A DNA stretch of 64,000 nt from Mobula birostris (taxonomy: Eukaryota), in contig NC_092379.1 of the NCBI RefSeq assembly GCF_030028105.1, positions 28,513,821 to 28,577,820 of the forward strand, read 5' to 3'. The stretch's first letter is position 1; each line of letters starts with the position of its first letter. Made by a program: the position numbers and the translations under genes. Shown here in pieces: positions 38,131-50,457 of the stretch. Below the pieces are notes generated by a model that ran no database searches, was not told where the DNA came from, and saw only the letters and a list, made by a program, of their open reading frames with translations.

Positions 38131-38553
38131 GGCATCATGGCACAAAGATAAACGGCGGAGTCCGACACAAGAGCACCAGGAATGTTCAAATGGGCTGCCT
38201 TGCTGTCACGCTGCCAACCAGCGGTAAATCTCGCTGGATTCCGGTCCATCTTCCCAGTGCTATATACCGTCAGCAAATATCTTGGAGATTCCACGCGATG
38301 CTGAACGTACCAAACGATAGAATAAGGATTGCCAGTGTAATTACACTTCAGTGTTACAATTTGTTCTTCCGTAATCGTTAATTCAAGAGGCCATTGCGTC
38401 ACCGAATCTTTCCCATTTGTTCCTGCAATAAAAGGACAGAATGTATGAACAGATCGGGATTTCTTCCACATACGGAACAGATCTAGGCCGTTATCGCGGA
38501 GACTCACCGGGCATCATAGTCAATATAATCAGCAGATAACACAGAGAATTCAT
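38131..38553 (-). CDS. TCR alpha/delta-type V segment A3, apparently intact (leader 38508-38553, V exon 38131-38422)
   Basis: MNSLCYLLIILTMMPG|TNGKDSVTQWPLELTITEEQIVTLKCNYTGNPYSIVWYVQHRVESPRYLLTVYSTGKMDRNPARFTAGWQRDSKAAHLNIPGALVSDSAVYLCAMMP; exon 9 nt shorter than A1/A2. Confidence 0.9.
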
Positions 38554-39979
38554 GGTGTCTGGCTTCAAACTCGATCGAAAGACAGCTTACTTTCAACAAG
38601 TTAATATCTTTGACCGATATTAAGGACTAAACTCAGATCCGCAGCTTATTTCAGCTGGCTTTGCCCTGCCATTGGATTGATTGGCTGTGAGCACCGATCT
38701 GCGCCGGTCTGAGCACCAATCACAGATCGATTTGTTTCAGTTCCTCTCTATGCTTTTAAAGATCCGACGCCTGGAGATGTATATAGTGTCGCGATAACCC
38801 TGTGCAAGAGTCGTTATACTTCACTCGCTCTCTCTTGCATTCTTTTTCCAGTCAGGCTCCCATGCCTATTTCTCTCCCCTCCCCATATTTATCGCTGTAC
38901 TCTTTGTTCTATCGATCACCATCACTCGCTCTCTCACTTCTTCATTTATCTTCCGTATCCCAGAGTTATCCACTTTGTCATTCCATCATACCAAACCGCC
39001 CACTTTCTCCCCCCATTTTACTCGCCATGTCAACTACCCACCGTTTTCCCTGGATATCACTTCCTCTGCCCACTCGCAATCCGCAATTCACACTCAGACG
39101 CATTTACCACCACATTTCTCCCCTCCGGCAAACGGGATAAACGGCACTGAGACAGACAATGAGAAGAAACGTCTTCACTCGGGGGAGCGAGGAATGCGCT
39201 TTGTGTGCTAGTCTCTTGTCTCTCTGCGATTCTGCCTTCTCTCTCCAGGAAAGTTGTCGCTCCTGTCTTGTGGACGGACGAGAGTTGGATGAAAAATTTG
39301 CAGATGCTGAAAATCCAACGCAACTCACAAAACTCTGGAGGAAGTCAGTAGTTTAGGAAAAATCTGGGGAAAATGTAAGTAGTCGACGTTTCGGGCCGAG
39401 ATCCTTCTTCAAGACTGAGAACTAAGCAGGGAGATGTATAAATTTAAATGTGAAGGAACATGAAAGAGGCTGACTAAAAGGCTATAGGTGAAACCAGGTA
39501 GCTGGGAAAAGCCAAGGGCTGTGGAAGAAAGATACTGATTATCTTATTAAGGCATGATCTTATTCAATTGTGGAGCAGGTTACACGGGTCAAATGGCATA
39601 CTCCAAGTCTTATTTCTTATGGTCTTATGTTCTGCCCTTCCACGGTCATTAATTTCCTCACATCCTGAGTTACCAACTTTACCCCACTCGTATCTGTAAC
39701 AAATCTCGGAAAGCGTGAGTGGCGACGAATCTTAATGACGGTGTAGAACACGCGCAAACTGATGAAGAAGAAATTATCCAGGCAGAGCAGCCATTAAAAT
39801 CATCAACAAACACGAGCGTGATACGGTGTCGGCCTTAACATCAACAATAGGATTTTACCAAATTGTGATCCAGGTGAAGGTAATTACGTCACGTCAGGAG
39901 CATCAGAGGCTCGGGGGAGACACGTACCCTTCCTCTCGAACCGGATTAGTATATTGCCTATGATGCACCTTCGACTCGA

Positions 39980-42310
39980 CAGGCATGTTGGTTCCAGGTC
40001 AGCTTCTGTTTAGGCTTCATTTTACCCCTCTTACTTTACATAGTGTAGTAGATGGCTGTTGTGTTTTCCTCATGGCACATGTTGGAGACCTGGGACATAC
40101 AGAGTCTCCCAGGGAACTACATCTGCAAGGAATGCATCTGGAAAAGCTCCTTGAAGACCATGGTACGGATCTGGAGTGACCATCTCAATGACCTTCGGCT
40201 TGTAAGGCAGAAGAAGAAGATAATCGATCGGTGTCATTGGGAAGTAGACACCGCGAAACTGCAGCAGGCAAGTGGCTATTGGACTATCAGGAGAAATGGA
40301 AATGTGAATTGACAGTTAGCACAGCGCACGCCTGTGGTCATTCCTGTCAATAGTAAGAATACTTTTCTGCATACTTATCTTGGGGATGAACTCCCAGGGG
40401 AATGCTAGGGAGACACGGCTAACGCAACGCAGCATAGGTCCGAACTGCAGATGGGAAAGAGGAAGCAGAAGGGAACGGTAGCGATAGGGGACTCAGCAAT
40501 CATGGGAACAGACAGGAGATTCTGTGGACCCGAGCGCAGTACCCTGATAGTATGCTGCCTCCGATATGTTAGTTTCGAATCGCGTCAGCGACATTTTAAA
40601 GAAGGAGGAACAGCATCCAGATGTCATGGTACACATTGGCAACAATCACACATGAAGGAAAAGCAAAGAGATCCTGAAACGGGTATTTGCAAAGCAAGGA
40701 AGAAGGCACGAGCTGATGCTGACGGGTACGAGGGATGTGCAGTTACTATTATAAGGCTCAAAGAGCCGAAAGAGCTAAGTCAACCGCACCGGATGAACTG
40801 CAACCTCGGGTTCTGAAAGAAATAGTGGTAGAGATTATGGCGATATTATTAATGATCTTTCAAAATGATTGGTCTGTAGCATGGTGCCAGAGGAATGTAA
40901 AAATGGAAAAGTCACTCTACTCTTTAAGAAAAGAAGAAATTAAAGTCCTTTTAGCCTGATCTCAGTGGTTGGGAATATGTTAGATTCAATTGTTAAGGCT
41001 GAAATTCCGGTCTATTTGGTGACACGGAACCAGATAGGAGAAAGACAAAATGGTTTCCTTAAGGAAAAGATTGCCTGACCATCATGTTGGAATTATGGGA
41101 GGGGACTACACGTAAGTTAGATAAAGCGGGTGCAATGGATGTTGCATGTAAAGAGTTTAGTAAGGCCTTTGCCAAGGTGCCAAATATGAGGATGTTTACC
41201 AAGTTAAGAACCTATGGTATTACAGGAAGTTTACTGGCATAGTTAGAGCACCAGCTGTTTGGCAAAAGGGAGCGAATAGCACTAAAATAGTCACTCTCCG
41301 GTTGGCTGCCGGTGAGAAGTGGTGCTCCGCAGGGGTCCTTGCTGGGACCAATGGTTCTTATGTTGTACATCAATGATTTAAATGATAGAACTCTTCACCT
41401 TGTTGCAAGGTTTGCAGATGATTCGCAGAGTGATGAAGGGTCAGGGTGTATTAATAAAACAGATAATATGCATAAGGCCTGAGACAAATGACCAGAATGG
41501 GAAACAGAATGTAAATGAAATATAATGTTGGAAGATCCATGGTCATGCACTTTGTTGGAAGAAATAATTGTGCAGACTACTTTCTGAACGTGTACAAAAA
41601 CCAAAACGCAGATGTGCAAAGTTGCAACGCGGCTTGGTAGTCCTTGTGCAGAACACCCTAGAGATTAATTTTCTCCCAGAGTCGGCGGTGAGGAAAACAA
41701 ATACAATGTTAGAACTCATTTCAGGGGATCGAGAATACAAGAGTAGGGATGTGATGCTGACTCTTGAAGGCACTGCTAAGGCCCCACTTTCATTATTGTG
41801 AACAGTTTTGGGCTCCACATCGCAGAAAAAAAATCCGCACGCATGTATGATTCCATGCAATGCAAGTGTTATCATTCGAGGAAAGTTTGATATTTATGAG
41901 TCTGCATCCATTGGCATTCAGAAGGATGAGGGGGATCTCACAGAATGCTTTCGAACATCGAACGTCCTCGACAGAGCAGATGTGGAACGCACGTGGGGGA
42001 GTCCAGGACAAGAGGGCATAGCCTCAGAGAAGACGACGCCACCTTAATACAGAAATGCGGAGAGATTCCATCTGCGAGAGTGTGGTGAATGTGTTGCATT
42101 TATTAGCACGGGCAACTGTGGAGGACAGGTGGTTGGGTATACTTAAGGCAGAGCATGATATGTTTTCAACTGGCCATGGTATTAAAGCCTCCGAAAGGAA
42201 GGCCGGGAGTGGGGCTGAGGAAGGGCCAATCGACACCCACGATTTAATAGCGGAGCAGATACGATGGGCCAAATGCCCTAATTCTTCTGCTATGCTTTAT
42301 GGTCTTGTGG
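39980..42310 (+). mobile_element. Internally deleted CR1 LINE
   Basis: Paralog of 7850-10225. Confidence 0.85.
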
Positions 42311-42699
42311 TGTTACCCTCGCTTTCAAAATTGGCAAGCTTTAGCAGTCCTTCAATTCTTCGCCCTCGACCCTTCTCGCGCGTTCTTCCTCTTGCTGTAT
42401 CCTTACCAGGATATGTCTCCTTTCGCTCTTTGTCTCCCTTAATCACTCTTATCACTCTTCTCCTTATCGACCATTCCCTGAGCCCAGCTCTTTCCGTTTC
42501 GCTTTTTTCCTTCCCGTGACGAAACTGCTACTAGGGGTTGTGGGTGTATTGTAGCTCTTGTCGCCCTGCCCCTTCACCCCCTTGTAGCCTCTGAGAAGGG
42601 AGGTTGTGTAGTTGCATGGCTCCTGAGGACGGGGAGTTGTTCGATGTTGAGCAGGATGCGGTGGGCCGCTGGCTCCCTTCATTCCATTCGCACATTTTA

Positions 42700-42840
42700 C
42701 GTCGGATCTGTTTTGTCCAGATCGGTAATCGCACTGCATTAGGGAGGGCTAATCATGCAAATATACATAGTGGAACCCGGCACAAAACTACTGAAGAGAT
42801 TTGAATCCAAACAGCAGCCATTTCATGTCCAAACAACCGG
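42700..42840 (-). pseudogene. Fossil V FR3 remnant (family P)
   Basis: DSNLFSSFVPGSTMYICMISP, then 22 nt and ACAAAACAG. Confidence 0.55.
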
Positions 42841-42943
42841 AAACCTTCACCGATGTAGTTTGCCACTGACTTTCACTCTCATAAGTCAACCACGTGATTC
42901 TTGCAAATATTTGGGTGCGCCACTTCGACTTTTCTATCACGAC

Positions 42944-42957
42944 CCGCCCTCTAGCGA
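42944..42957 (-). promoter_or_regulatory. Orphan CTCF-consensus motif
   Basis: Minus TCGCTAGAGGGCGG. Confidence 0.6.
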
Positions 42958-43588
42958 CGGTTCACTGTATCACACCTCGCACGTAAAGTATGTACTTTAA
43001 ACATAAATGCACTTTGAAAAAATGATGATTTCTCACAGCCCTGTAATGCAACGACCAAAATACTATATGCATTCTCCATCACGCTAATTATCCGCAGGGT
43101 CTGTCGCATTATCTAAATACTCAGTATAAATCATAAGCTGCCACTGTAACAGTCTTAATTTCAGCAGCATGTCACCTGCTGTTCTTTGTCTAACTAAAAA
43201 CAACGATTTGCCCACGCTGTGTTTTCCCTTAGTGAACTATTGCCCTACCTAAATATATTGCAGTTCCACTCCGTCCTTATTACTTCTCCATGCAGAACCT
43301 CCAACAATGTGACCAAAGAAGACGTCATACTAGGTTGCCATTCGCAATATGCCGTTGCAGCAAAGAGGATGGGTGAATGCACATTGCCGTATCCCGAAAA
43401 TACATTATAAAGATCCAGTCTGGGTGTACGTTGTAGTCATGAACTGTTCCATTACCTTCGGCGCCTTGTGTTCGTGATTGCTGCCATCTTAAGTAGGGCA
43501 CGTCACCACGACTGTTTTCAGTGTGCGCACTCCCAATTTACCGGCAAAAGACGCCGTCCAGTGAGAGCTTTTTACTTTATACAGAACC

Positions 43589-44100
43589 AATTTTTGTTCG
43601 AGACCCGCCGTCTTCATGCAACAAGTAGGACTCATTGCACAGAAATAGATGCTAGAGTCCGACACAAGGGCTTTAACGATATTCAATTGAGCAGACTTGC
43701 TGTCTTTGTATAGGGGTATAATCCAAAGTCCGGGACAAGAATTCGAGAGATACCGAAATGAACTGACTCTGCGTTTGTGCAGAACAGCTGTCAACCTCGC
43801 CGGACATTCTGAGTCCACGCCAGTTTTCCTCATCATAGAGCTTCAGCAGTTTTTAGGAGATTATCCGCGATGTTTGTCTTAGTTCGTGTGTAACTGCATT
43901 TCAGTGCTATCATCTAACTTCCGTCAGCCGATAATTCAGGAGCATCCTGATCACAGAATTGTACTTTCTCGTTCCTGCAATAAAGGACAGAATGGAGTGA
44001 TTTCCCTGACTTGCACTGAACTACGCTCTCGCTGGTCCTGTGTGCAGCGTCTTAGCTGTCAGGATGACGAATAAAACCTATAAGAATCTGAGGGACACAT
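43589..44100 (-). pseudogene. Chimeric V pseudogene: C-type leader and V exon fused to the 3' third of a B-type V
   Basis: C-type ...VHFGISRILVPDFGLYPY joined at GTCTTTGTA (43702-43710) to B-type KDSKSAQLNIVKALVSDSSIYFCAMS; heptamer destroyed, nonamer ACAAAAATT; leader 45 nt with CTAAG donor. Confidence 0.82.
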
Positions 44101-44290
44101 GCTCACTCGCTTACGCTCAGAAGGAACCGCAAATCCCTTACAACAACTTATTAACATGACAGATAATGGAGAGTAAAACATATCAGAGGTAGACTGAATG
44201 GTGCAATGCTCAACGATTGCAAGATAAAACCAGTACATAGGTTATATAAGCATTAATCAGAATCCAGTTACTTTGAAAGCCCCTTTTTTG

Positions 44291-44420
44291 NNNNNNNNNN
44301 NNNNNNNNNNNNNNNNNNNNNNNNNNNNNNNNNNNNNNNNNNNNNNNNNNNNNNNNNNNNNNNNNNNNNNNNNNNNNNNNNNNNNNNNNNNNNNNNNNNN
44401 NNNNNNNNNNNNNNNNNNNN
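44291..44420. other. N run, 130 nt
   Basis: Paralogous N run at 51115-51243. Confidence 0.98.
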
Positions 44421-44870
44421 TCTACCTGCCTCCATCTATCTATTTATCTAACTTTCTCTCTATATCTCATTCTCTCTTTCTCACTCTTTTGTTCTACCCC
44501 TACCGACTTCTCTCTCTCATTCTCACTCCGGACATTGATTTCTATGTTTCTATTTATCTACTCACCCTTGCTTTCTTTGGCATTCTGCCCGTGCTCTATC
44601 CTTTTTCACACCATGTCACTCCATGCCAACCAGCGTATCCGCGACGATTCCAACGAGTCATCCGCAAAGTTAGGACTTTCCGCTGTTGCTCTTTTCTACT
44701 TTATGATTAGCCTTTTAAGTTATTGACGGATTACCTTTCAATTTTTCAGGACCCCATTGGATATTTCTTTGGAATAGCACATTAAATGTTTATTCCCATA
44801 GACGAAATGGGATTATATGGTTAGCGGTCATGGAAGGCACCGATTAGAGCAGACACACATTGCGAACACT

Positions 44871-45225
44871 AAGGTTTGCAGATCCTGTATCGCTGTGGAA
44901 CGTTGAGTGTTGAACTGCGCAAAACTATTCAGCGGAGTACGGCACGATGCCCCCGAACTTATTTGACAGAAACATCTTTCCCCAGAGACCGGAAATATTA
45001 GTGGACTTGTCTTCGCGTAGAACAATACAGTGACACGGTCTGCTCTCCACGGTCATTAAATCCCTCCTTTTTGGGTTCACAAACTCTGCCCCACTCGTCC
45101 CTTTAACAGGCCCCGAATGTAGAGGGGCGACAGAACGCACTGACCCTGCAGGACGCGCTCCGACCGATTAGACGGATTCACCAAGCAGAGTAGCCGATAC
45201 AAAAACGATCCAGGGGTGCATGTAG
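44871..45225 (-). pseudogene. V fossil E1 with internal deletion
   Basis: Donor G|GTGAAT; exon GTSGAEFVNPKRRDLMTVE...GIVPYSAE*FCAVQ; RSS-like CACTCAA-23-GCAAACCTT at 44871-44909. Confidence 0.65.
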
Positions 45226-46439
45226 CGGCAACATCGTACATTGAATAAAGTAACCAGAGAATGATTTGAAGATATTTCTCCAATAAAAAGAGAAGTTATT
45301 CACGTAAGGACAAGCAGAGACTTTCCGGGCAACTCGGCGCTTTCATTTAAAAGTATATGCGGATTTTACTTCTAAATGCAGGGTTGATGCCAGCCACAGG
45401 ACGGTCTGGCGTTAATTGACTCACCTCTCCCTGCACCGCTCCCCACCCCCTTCGTCTCCATCACCGTCTGACTTCCCTCTCTCTCCATCTCTTTGTGTTA
45501 GTCCATCACTTTTGACTCCGCATCTCCAATTATCCGCCGAATCGTCTCCCTCCGTATCTCTCTCACTCACTCTCACTTTCAAGTGGATCTGAAGGAGTTT
45601 ATTTTTGCATTCTTTTAGTGTTTCACTTTGTACTACCTCGATAAGCTGTTTAATTAATGCATCTGTTAAATCGCAGTCAATGCAATCATCCGACAAGAAT
45701 AAAAAACATATCCAGCAAAATGCCCCACGTGGTGATAACATCAGATCCGTTAAATCTGTTTGGGAAACCAGATGATACAAGCTATCACTCTGTTGTGCTC
45801 CCATTCCCTCTCTCCCTCTCTCGCTCTCTTTTCTACTGAAAATGGCTTCAGAATATAAGTATATGGGTAGTATGCGGTCAAGTAATGTACTTTAATCATA
45901 AAGTTATTTTGAACATTGTACCTCTTACGCTATCACGCTAAACATTGGCAGGTTCTGTCGCATTATCTAAATACTCAGTATAAAAACAATGTTGATTTTG
46001 CAACATCCTTAATATCGGTAGCATACCACTTGTAAATCTTTGTCAATCCGAAGACCACTATTTTTCCCACCTGTGTTTTCCTTCTGTCAGCAATTGTCCT
46101 ATTTAAATATATGCCGCTTCCATTCTCATTATTTCTCCGTGCAGACACCAGAACAAAGTGTCCACAGACCATGTCACGCAGTGTTGTGAATCGTGGTATG
46201 CAATTGCAGCAAACGAGGTTGCGTAAAAGAACATTGTAGTACCCCGGAAATGCATTTTAAAGTTCCAGTTTCGTTGCGCATTGCAATCAGGAACTGCTCC
46301 TTTAGATTCGGCGCCTTGTGCTGCTGATTTCGGCGCTCTTGAGTAGGGCACGTGACCATGGCTGATTTCTATGTGCGCTCCTTCCAATTTCCCGGATAAA
46401 GGCGCCCTCCATTGCGAACTTTTTTTGCATTATACGGAA

Positions 46440-46871
46440 CCAGTTTTATACAGATACAGATACATGCCAGTATTCGACACAAGAGCTCAAACCAAATGTA
46501 ATTAAGCCGTCTAGTTGTCCTTCTGCAACTGCGGTAAATCTCACTGGGCAATCCAGATGCCGCTCCATTATTGTTATGCGATATGACTACAGCAAGTAAT
46601 TTGGCGATTCTCCACAATGTTGAATATGCAAAAAGATATTTGCATCAACTTCAGTGGAATTACATTTCAGTGTTATGTTCTGTCCTTTCTCAGCCGTTAT
46701 GTTGGATGATCCCATGTCACTGAGACTTTCCCGCGCTTTCCTGAAATAAAGGACACAGTAAGTAAACATCGCTGTCTTGTATTGACCGCAGGAGAAATTC
46801 GCTGGCCACCTTCGCAGAGACTCACCGGGCGGCACAGCGAATGTAATCCGTAATGAACAGAGGGAAAGCAT
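46440..46871 (-). pseudogene. V pseudogene B5; heptamer and spacer deleted
   Basis: Leader MLSLCSLRITFAVPPG (46826-46871); NITAEKGQNITLKCNSTEVDANIFLHIQH...NYLL*; ends TATCTGTATCTGTATAAAACTGG; CTCF-like GGCGCCCTCCATTGC at 46401-46415. Confidence 0.85.
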
Positions 46872-47924
46872 GGTGTCTAATTACTGTCTGGATCGAACGG
46901 CAAATTCCTTCCAGGACGTAATTATTACTTAACAGGTATTGTGTTGTGAGGTCGTTTTAGTGATAGCTTTCACCTTGTGTCAGACTAGAGGCGTTTTGCT
47001 GCTCTTTGTAGTCGCTGGCATAAAGAACCGAAATCTTTCTGAGCAATAATCAAAATCTGATTTACTTCTATTCATCTTTCTCCTCGTTTGATCGTTCTTT
47101 GAAGACTGCCCGTGAACCCCCCTCCTCTCTCTCTCTCTCTCTCACTCTCTCCCCGCCTCTCTCTCTCTCCCTTCTCTCTTTCTCTCTGTCCTTCTGTTTC
47201 TTTCTATCTCTCCCTTTCTCTCTCTCCCATGCTGCTTTGGGATTTTTTTTTACTGTTTGGAGGATGTCTGTGGAGGGTATGAATTTCGTGATGTATATTG
47301 TGCACATTCTCTGATTTTAAATGGAACCATTGAAGCATGCTGGATAGATCTTTCCTTGTACCCTGGTAGATCAGAAAAAGAAACAAAAATATAATGAACA
47401 TGAACCAGTTTGGGATAAGTGTGAGGGTCTGCAAAGTGAAGGAATATATCAGGCTGCCCTGCAGCTCATAGAATATCGGCTGAGCGGAAAAATAGAGGTG
47501 AAGGAATGCACAATACCCACCTTTCAGTGCGGTGATATCTGGTGTCAGGTCACCAGGGATCCGGTTCGTTTCCGATATTCGATCCGATCAGCAGATACCG
47601 ATGTGCTCATTTCCACGTTTCCCGCATTATTACGTTTTCAACGTCCCGCAAAAGAAGCTCTGGGAAGCATTCCTCCTGTAAGAGGAATTTGCGAAAATTG
47701 GACAGGTAAATCAGTGAACTATTAAAACATAATATATAGGAACATAATTAGACCATTTGTCCGATTGTCTCTGCTCCGCAATTTCAGATCAGACAGTCTG
47801 GTAATGGAATTTTTCGATACAGTAAACGTACCATTAAATTGAGAGTTTCAGAAATTCGAAATATAGCTTTGGAAACAGCTGCAATAAATTTCTGTTCCTT
47901 CGACAGTCACGAGGAAATCTGCAG

Positions 47925-48400
47925 ATACTGGAAAGTCAAGCAACACACGCAAAAAATGTTGGTGAACACAGCAGGCCAGGCAGCATCTATAGGAAGAGGT
48001 ACAGTCGACGTTTCGGTCCGGGACCCTTCGGCAGGACTAACTGAAAGAAGTGATAGCAAGGGATTTGAAATTGGAGGAGCGGGGCGGTGGGGGGTGGGGG
48101 GGAGAGATCCGAAATGATAGGAGAAGACAGGAGGGGAGGAGTGGATCCAAGAGCTGGGAAGTCGATTGGCAAAAGGGATACCAGACTGGAGAAGGGAGAG
48201 AATCATCAGACGGTAAGCCTGGGGAGAGAGTGAGAGGAAGAAAGAGAGTGGAAGAGAATGAGAGAGGGAAGGAAAGAGAGTGAGAGTGAGAGTGAATGAG
48301 AGAGAGAGGGAGAGAGAAAGGGAGATAGGGAGAGAGAAAAAGAGAAAGGGTAATTTGCTCTTCCAACTGGGCGTGAATGGAGCTAATACACTCCCGGCTT
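47925..48400 (+). mobile_element. Interspersed repeat (SINE/Penelope-end-like) with GA-rich tract
   Basis: CAACACACGCAAAAAATGTTGGTGAACACAGCAGGCCAGGCAGCATCTATAGG...GTCGACGTTTCGGTCCGGGACCCTTC; recognised from memory as an elasmobranch repeat, class uncertain. Confidence 0.5.
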
Positions 48401-48489
48401 ATTTATCAGTCACTCACTTTCATTCAGGAGCCTTGCCGTTCGGCGTGGGCGATCATGTGTCTCCATCCATCACGGTCCCTGACCCTCCG

Positions 48490-49460
48490 AATTGTAATTG
48501 TTGCTTGCCCAGTTTCTAACCATGATGTTATTCCACCTATCATTTTCATTCACTGTCTCGCTCTGCTTCTTTTTCCTCCAGTTTTCCAGTTGTAACTAAA
48601 TGTTCTAATGTCTCTCTTCGGATGATGTGTCCGAAGAATTTTGATTGTTGTTTTCTGATTTTTTAAATAATGTACGCTTTCTTTTCGTTCTCTGTACAAC
48701 TTCTTCGTTGGTTATTCTGTCAGTATATGATATGCATATCATTCTTCTGAGGAACTACATCTCTGCTGCATTGATTCTATTTCCCATTGCATTAATGAAG
48801 GCCCATGACTTGAAACTATACATTAATATAGGAAGCATTTAGCAGCTAACAGTTTTAAGGCGGATGTCAATTGCTATTTTCTTGTTCGTTAGGCTGTTTC
48901 TGATTTCTGTAAATGCTGTTCTTGCCATTGCTATTCTTACTTTTATGTCTATTTCGCATTTGCCATCAGATGTTACCCATGATCAAAGGTACCTGAAGTT
49001 GTGAACATGTTTCAGGATTTTATTTCCCAATAGGATCCTACAGTTTGGAATATCAGTTTTATTTGATATTACCATTACTTCAGTTTTATTTTTGTTTGAG
49101 GCTCGTCCAAGTCTTTCACTGTCTGTGTTGAAGTTAGATCATTCACTCTAACTATATTCTGATTGTCAATCTCACTTTGCCCTTTTTCGTTCTACTTTAA
49201 TGAACACTTCATTTCTTGCAATGTATCTCCGTCTTTGTTCCCTATTTTGTTACTGTCCTATATTTCCGTCGCTATGTCACTCAATGGCTCCCAGTCTGCC
49301 TCTCTGTTCCAATTTAACTAAATCATCAATGCAGCTTTAAACTTGTTATGGAAACTTACTTTCATCCAACGCCAGTCCATTCGGTATTAATTTGCAATTC
49401 GTAAAATAAACATCAATTTATCTGAACTTTTAGGACGCTAATGTCAATAGACACCAACTG
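48490..49460 (-). mobile_element. RTE-clade LINE ORF C-terminal fragment
   Basis: NAAEM*FLRRMICISYT and IRKQQSKFFGHIIRRETLEHLVTTGKLE. Confidence 0.75.
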
Positions 49461-49469
49461 CAATTTATC

Positions 49470-50170
49470 TTCATCAGAAGCATTCGAATGCTGTCTAGTT
49501 ATATACAACCTCAGTATCACTCAACTTCACTGTTAATCATAGCACGAGGATTCGAGTACAGGAGCAGGAAGGTACTACTGCAGTCGTACAAGGCATTGGT
49601 GAGACCACACCTGGAGTATTGTATGCAGTTTTTGTCCCCTATTCTGAGAAAAGACATCCTTGCCATAGAAGGAGTACAGAGAAGGTTCACCAGATTGATT
49701 CCTGGGATGGCAGTACTGTCATATGATGAAAGACTGGATCGACTAGTCTTATACTCGTTGGAATTTAGAGATTGAGGGGGGATCTTATTGAAACGTATAA
49801 CATTCTAAAGGGATTGGACAGGCTAGATGCAGGAAGATTGTTCCCGATGTTGGTGAAGTCCAAACCGAGGGGTCACAGTTTGAGAATAAAAGGGAAGCCT
49901 TTTTAGGACCGAGATGAGGAAAAAGTTCTTCACACAGAGAGTGGTGAATCTGTAGAATTCTCTGCCACAGGAAACAGTTGAGGCCAGTTCATTGGCTATA
50001 TTTAAGAGAGAGTTAGATATGGCACTTGTGGCCAAAGGGATCGGGGGTATGGTGAGGAGGCAGGTACAGGGTTCTGAGTTGGACGATCAGCCATGATCAT
50101 ACTGAATGGCGGTGCAGGCTCGAAAGGCGAATGGCCTACTCCTGCACCTATTTTCTATGTTTCTATGTTT
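49470..50170 (+). mobile_element. Young-looking CR1 3' end
   Basis: GFEYRSRKVLLQSYKALVRPHLEYCMQFLSPILRKDILAIEGVQRRFTRLIPGM; tail TTTCTATGTTTCTATGTTT. Confidence 0.92.
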
Positions 50171-50430
50171 ATGTTTAATCCCTCGAGGTAGTGAAAAATG
50201 AAATCAAGCAAAAAAAAAATTACCACAAGATATTCTTAGAGGCAACAGAGCGACATAGACACCACCATATAGTAGAAATTCTTCGGAAAGCCGCCACAGT
50301 ATCCCTAGGCAAATCTAACTTCAAGCGGCGTTCCACAAGTTTGTCACATTTTGTTGCTGAATGCGGCATTTCAAATCGACCGCGTGATTTTCTGCTTTCT
50401 GCGTACAGCTGTTCCAGTTCCCCAGCAAAA

Positions 50431-50445
50431 GGCGCCCTCTAGTAA
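50431..50445 (-). promoter_or_regulatory. CTCF-consensus motif 3' of C3
   Basis: Minus TTACTAGAGGGCGCC. Confidence 0.55.
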
Positions 50446-50457
50446 TTACGCAACGCT

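Larger units (their letters stand above)
36230..43710. repeat. Partial third copy of the duplication unit (CR1, A3, CR1, P, B flank)
   Basis: Colinear with ~4320-11900; visibly more diverged than units 1 and 2 are from each other. Confidence 0.88.

Noticed and set aside
42755-42762. ATGCAAAT octamer
   Set aside because: Antisense of the YICM codons in fossil P3; paralogs read ATGCAAGT
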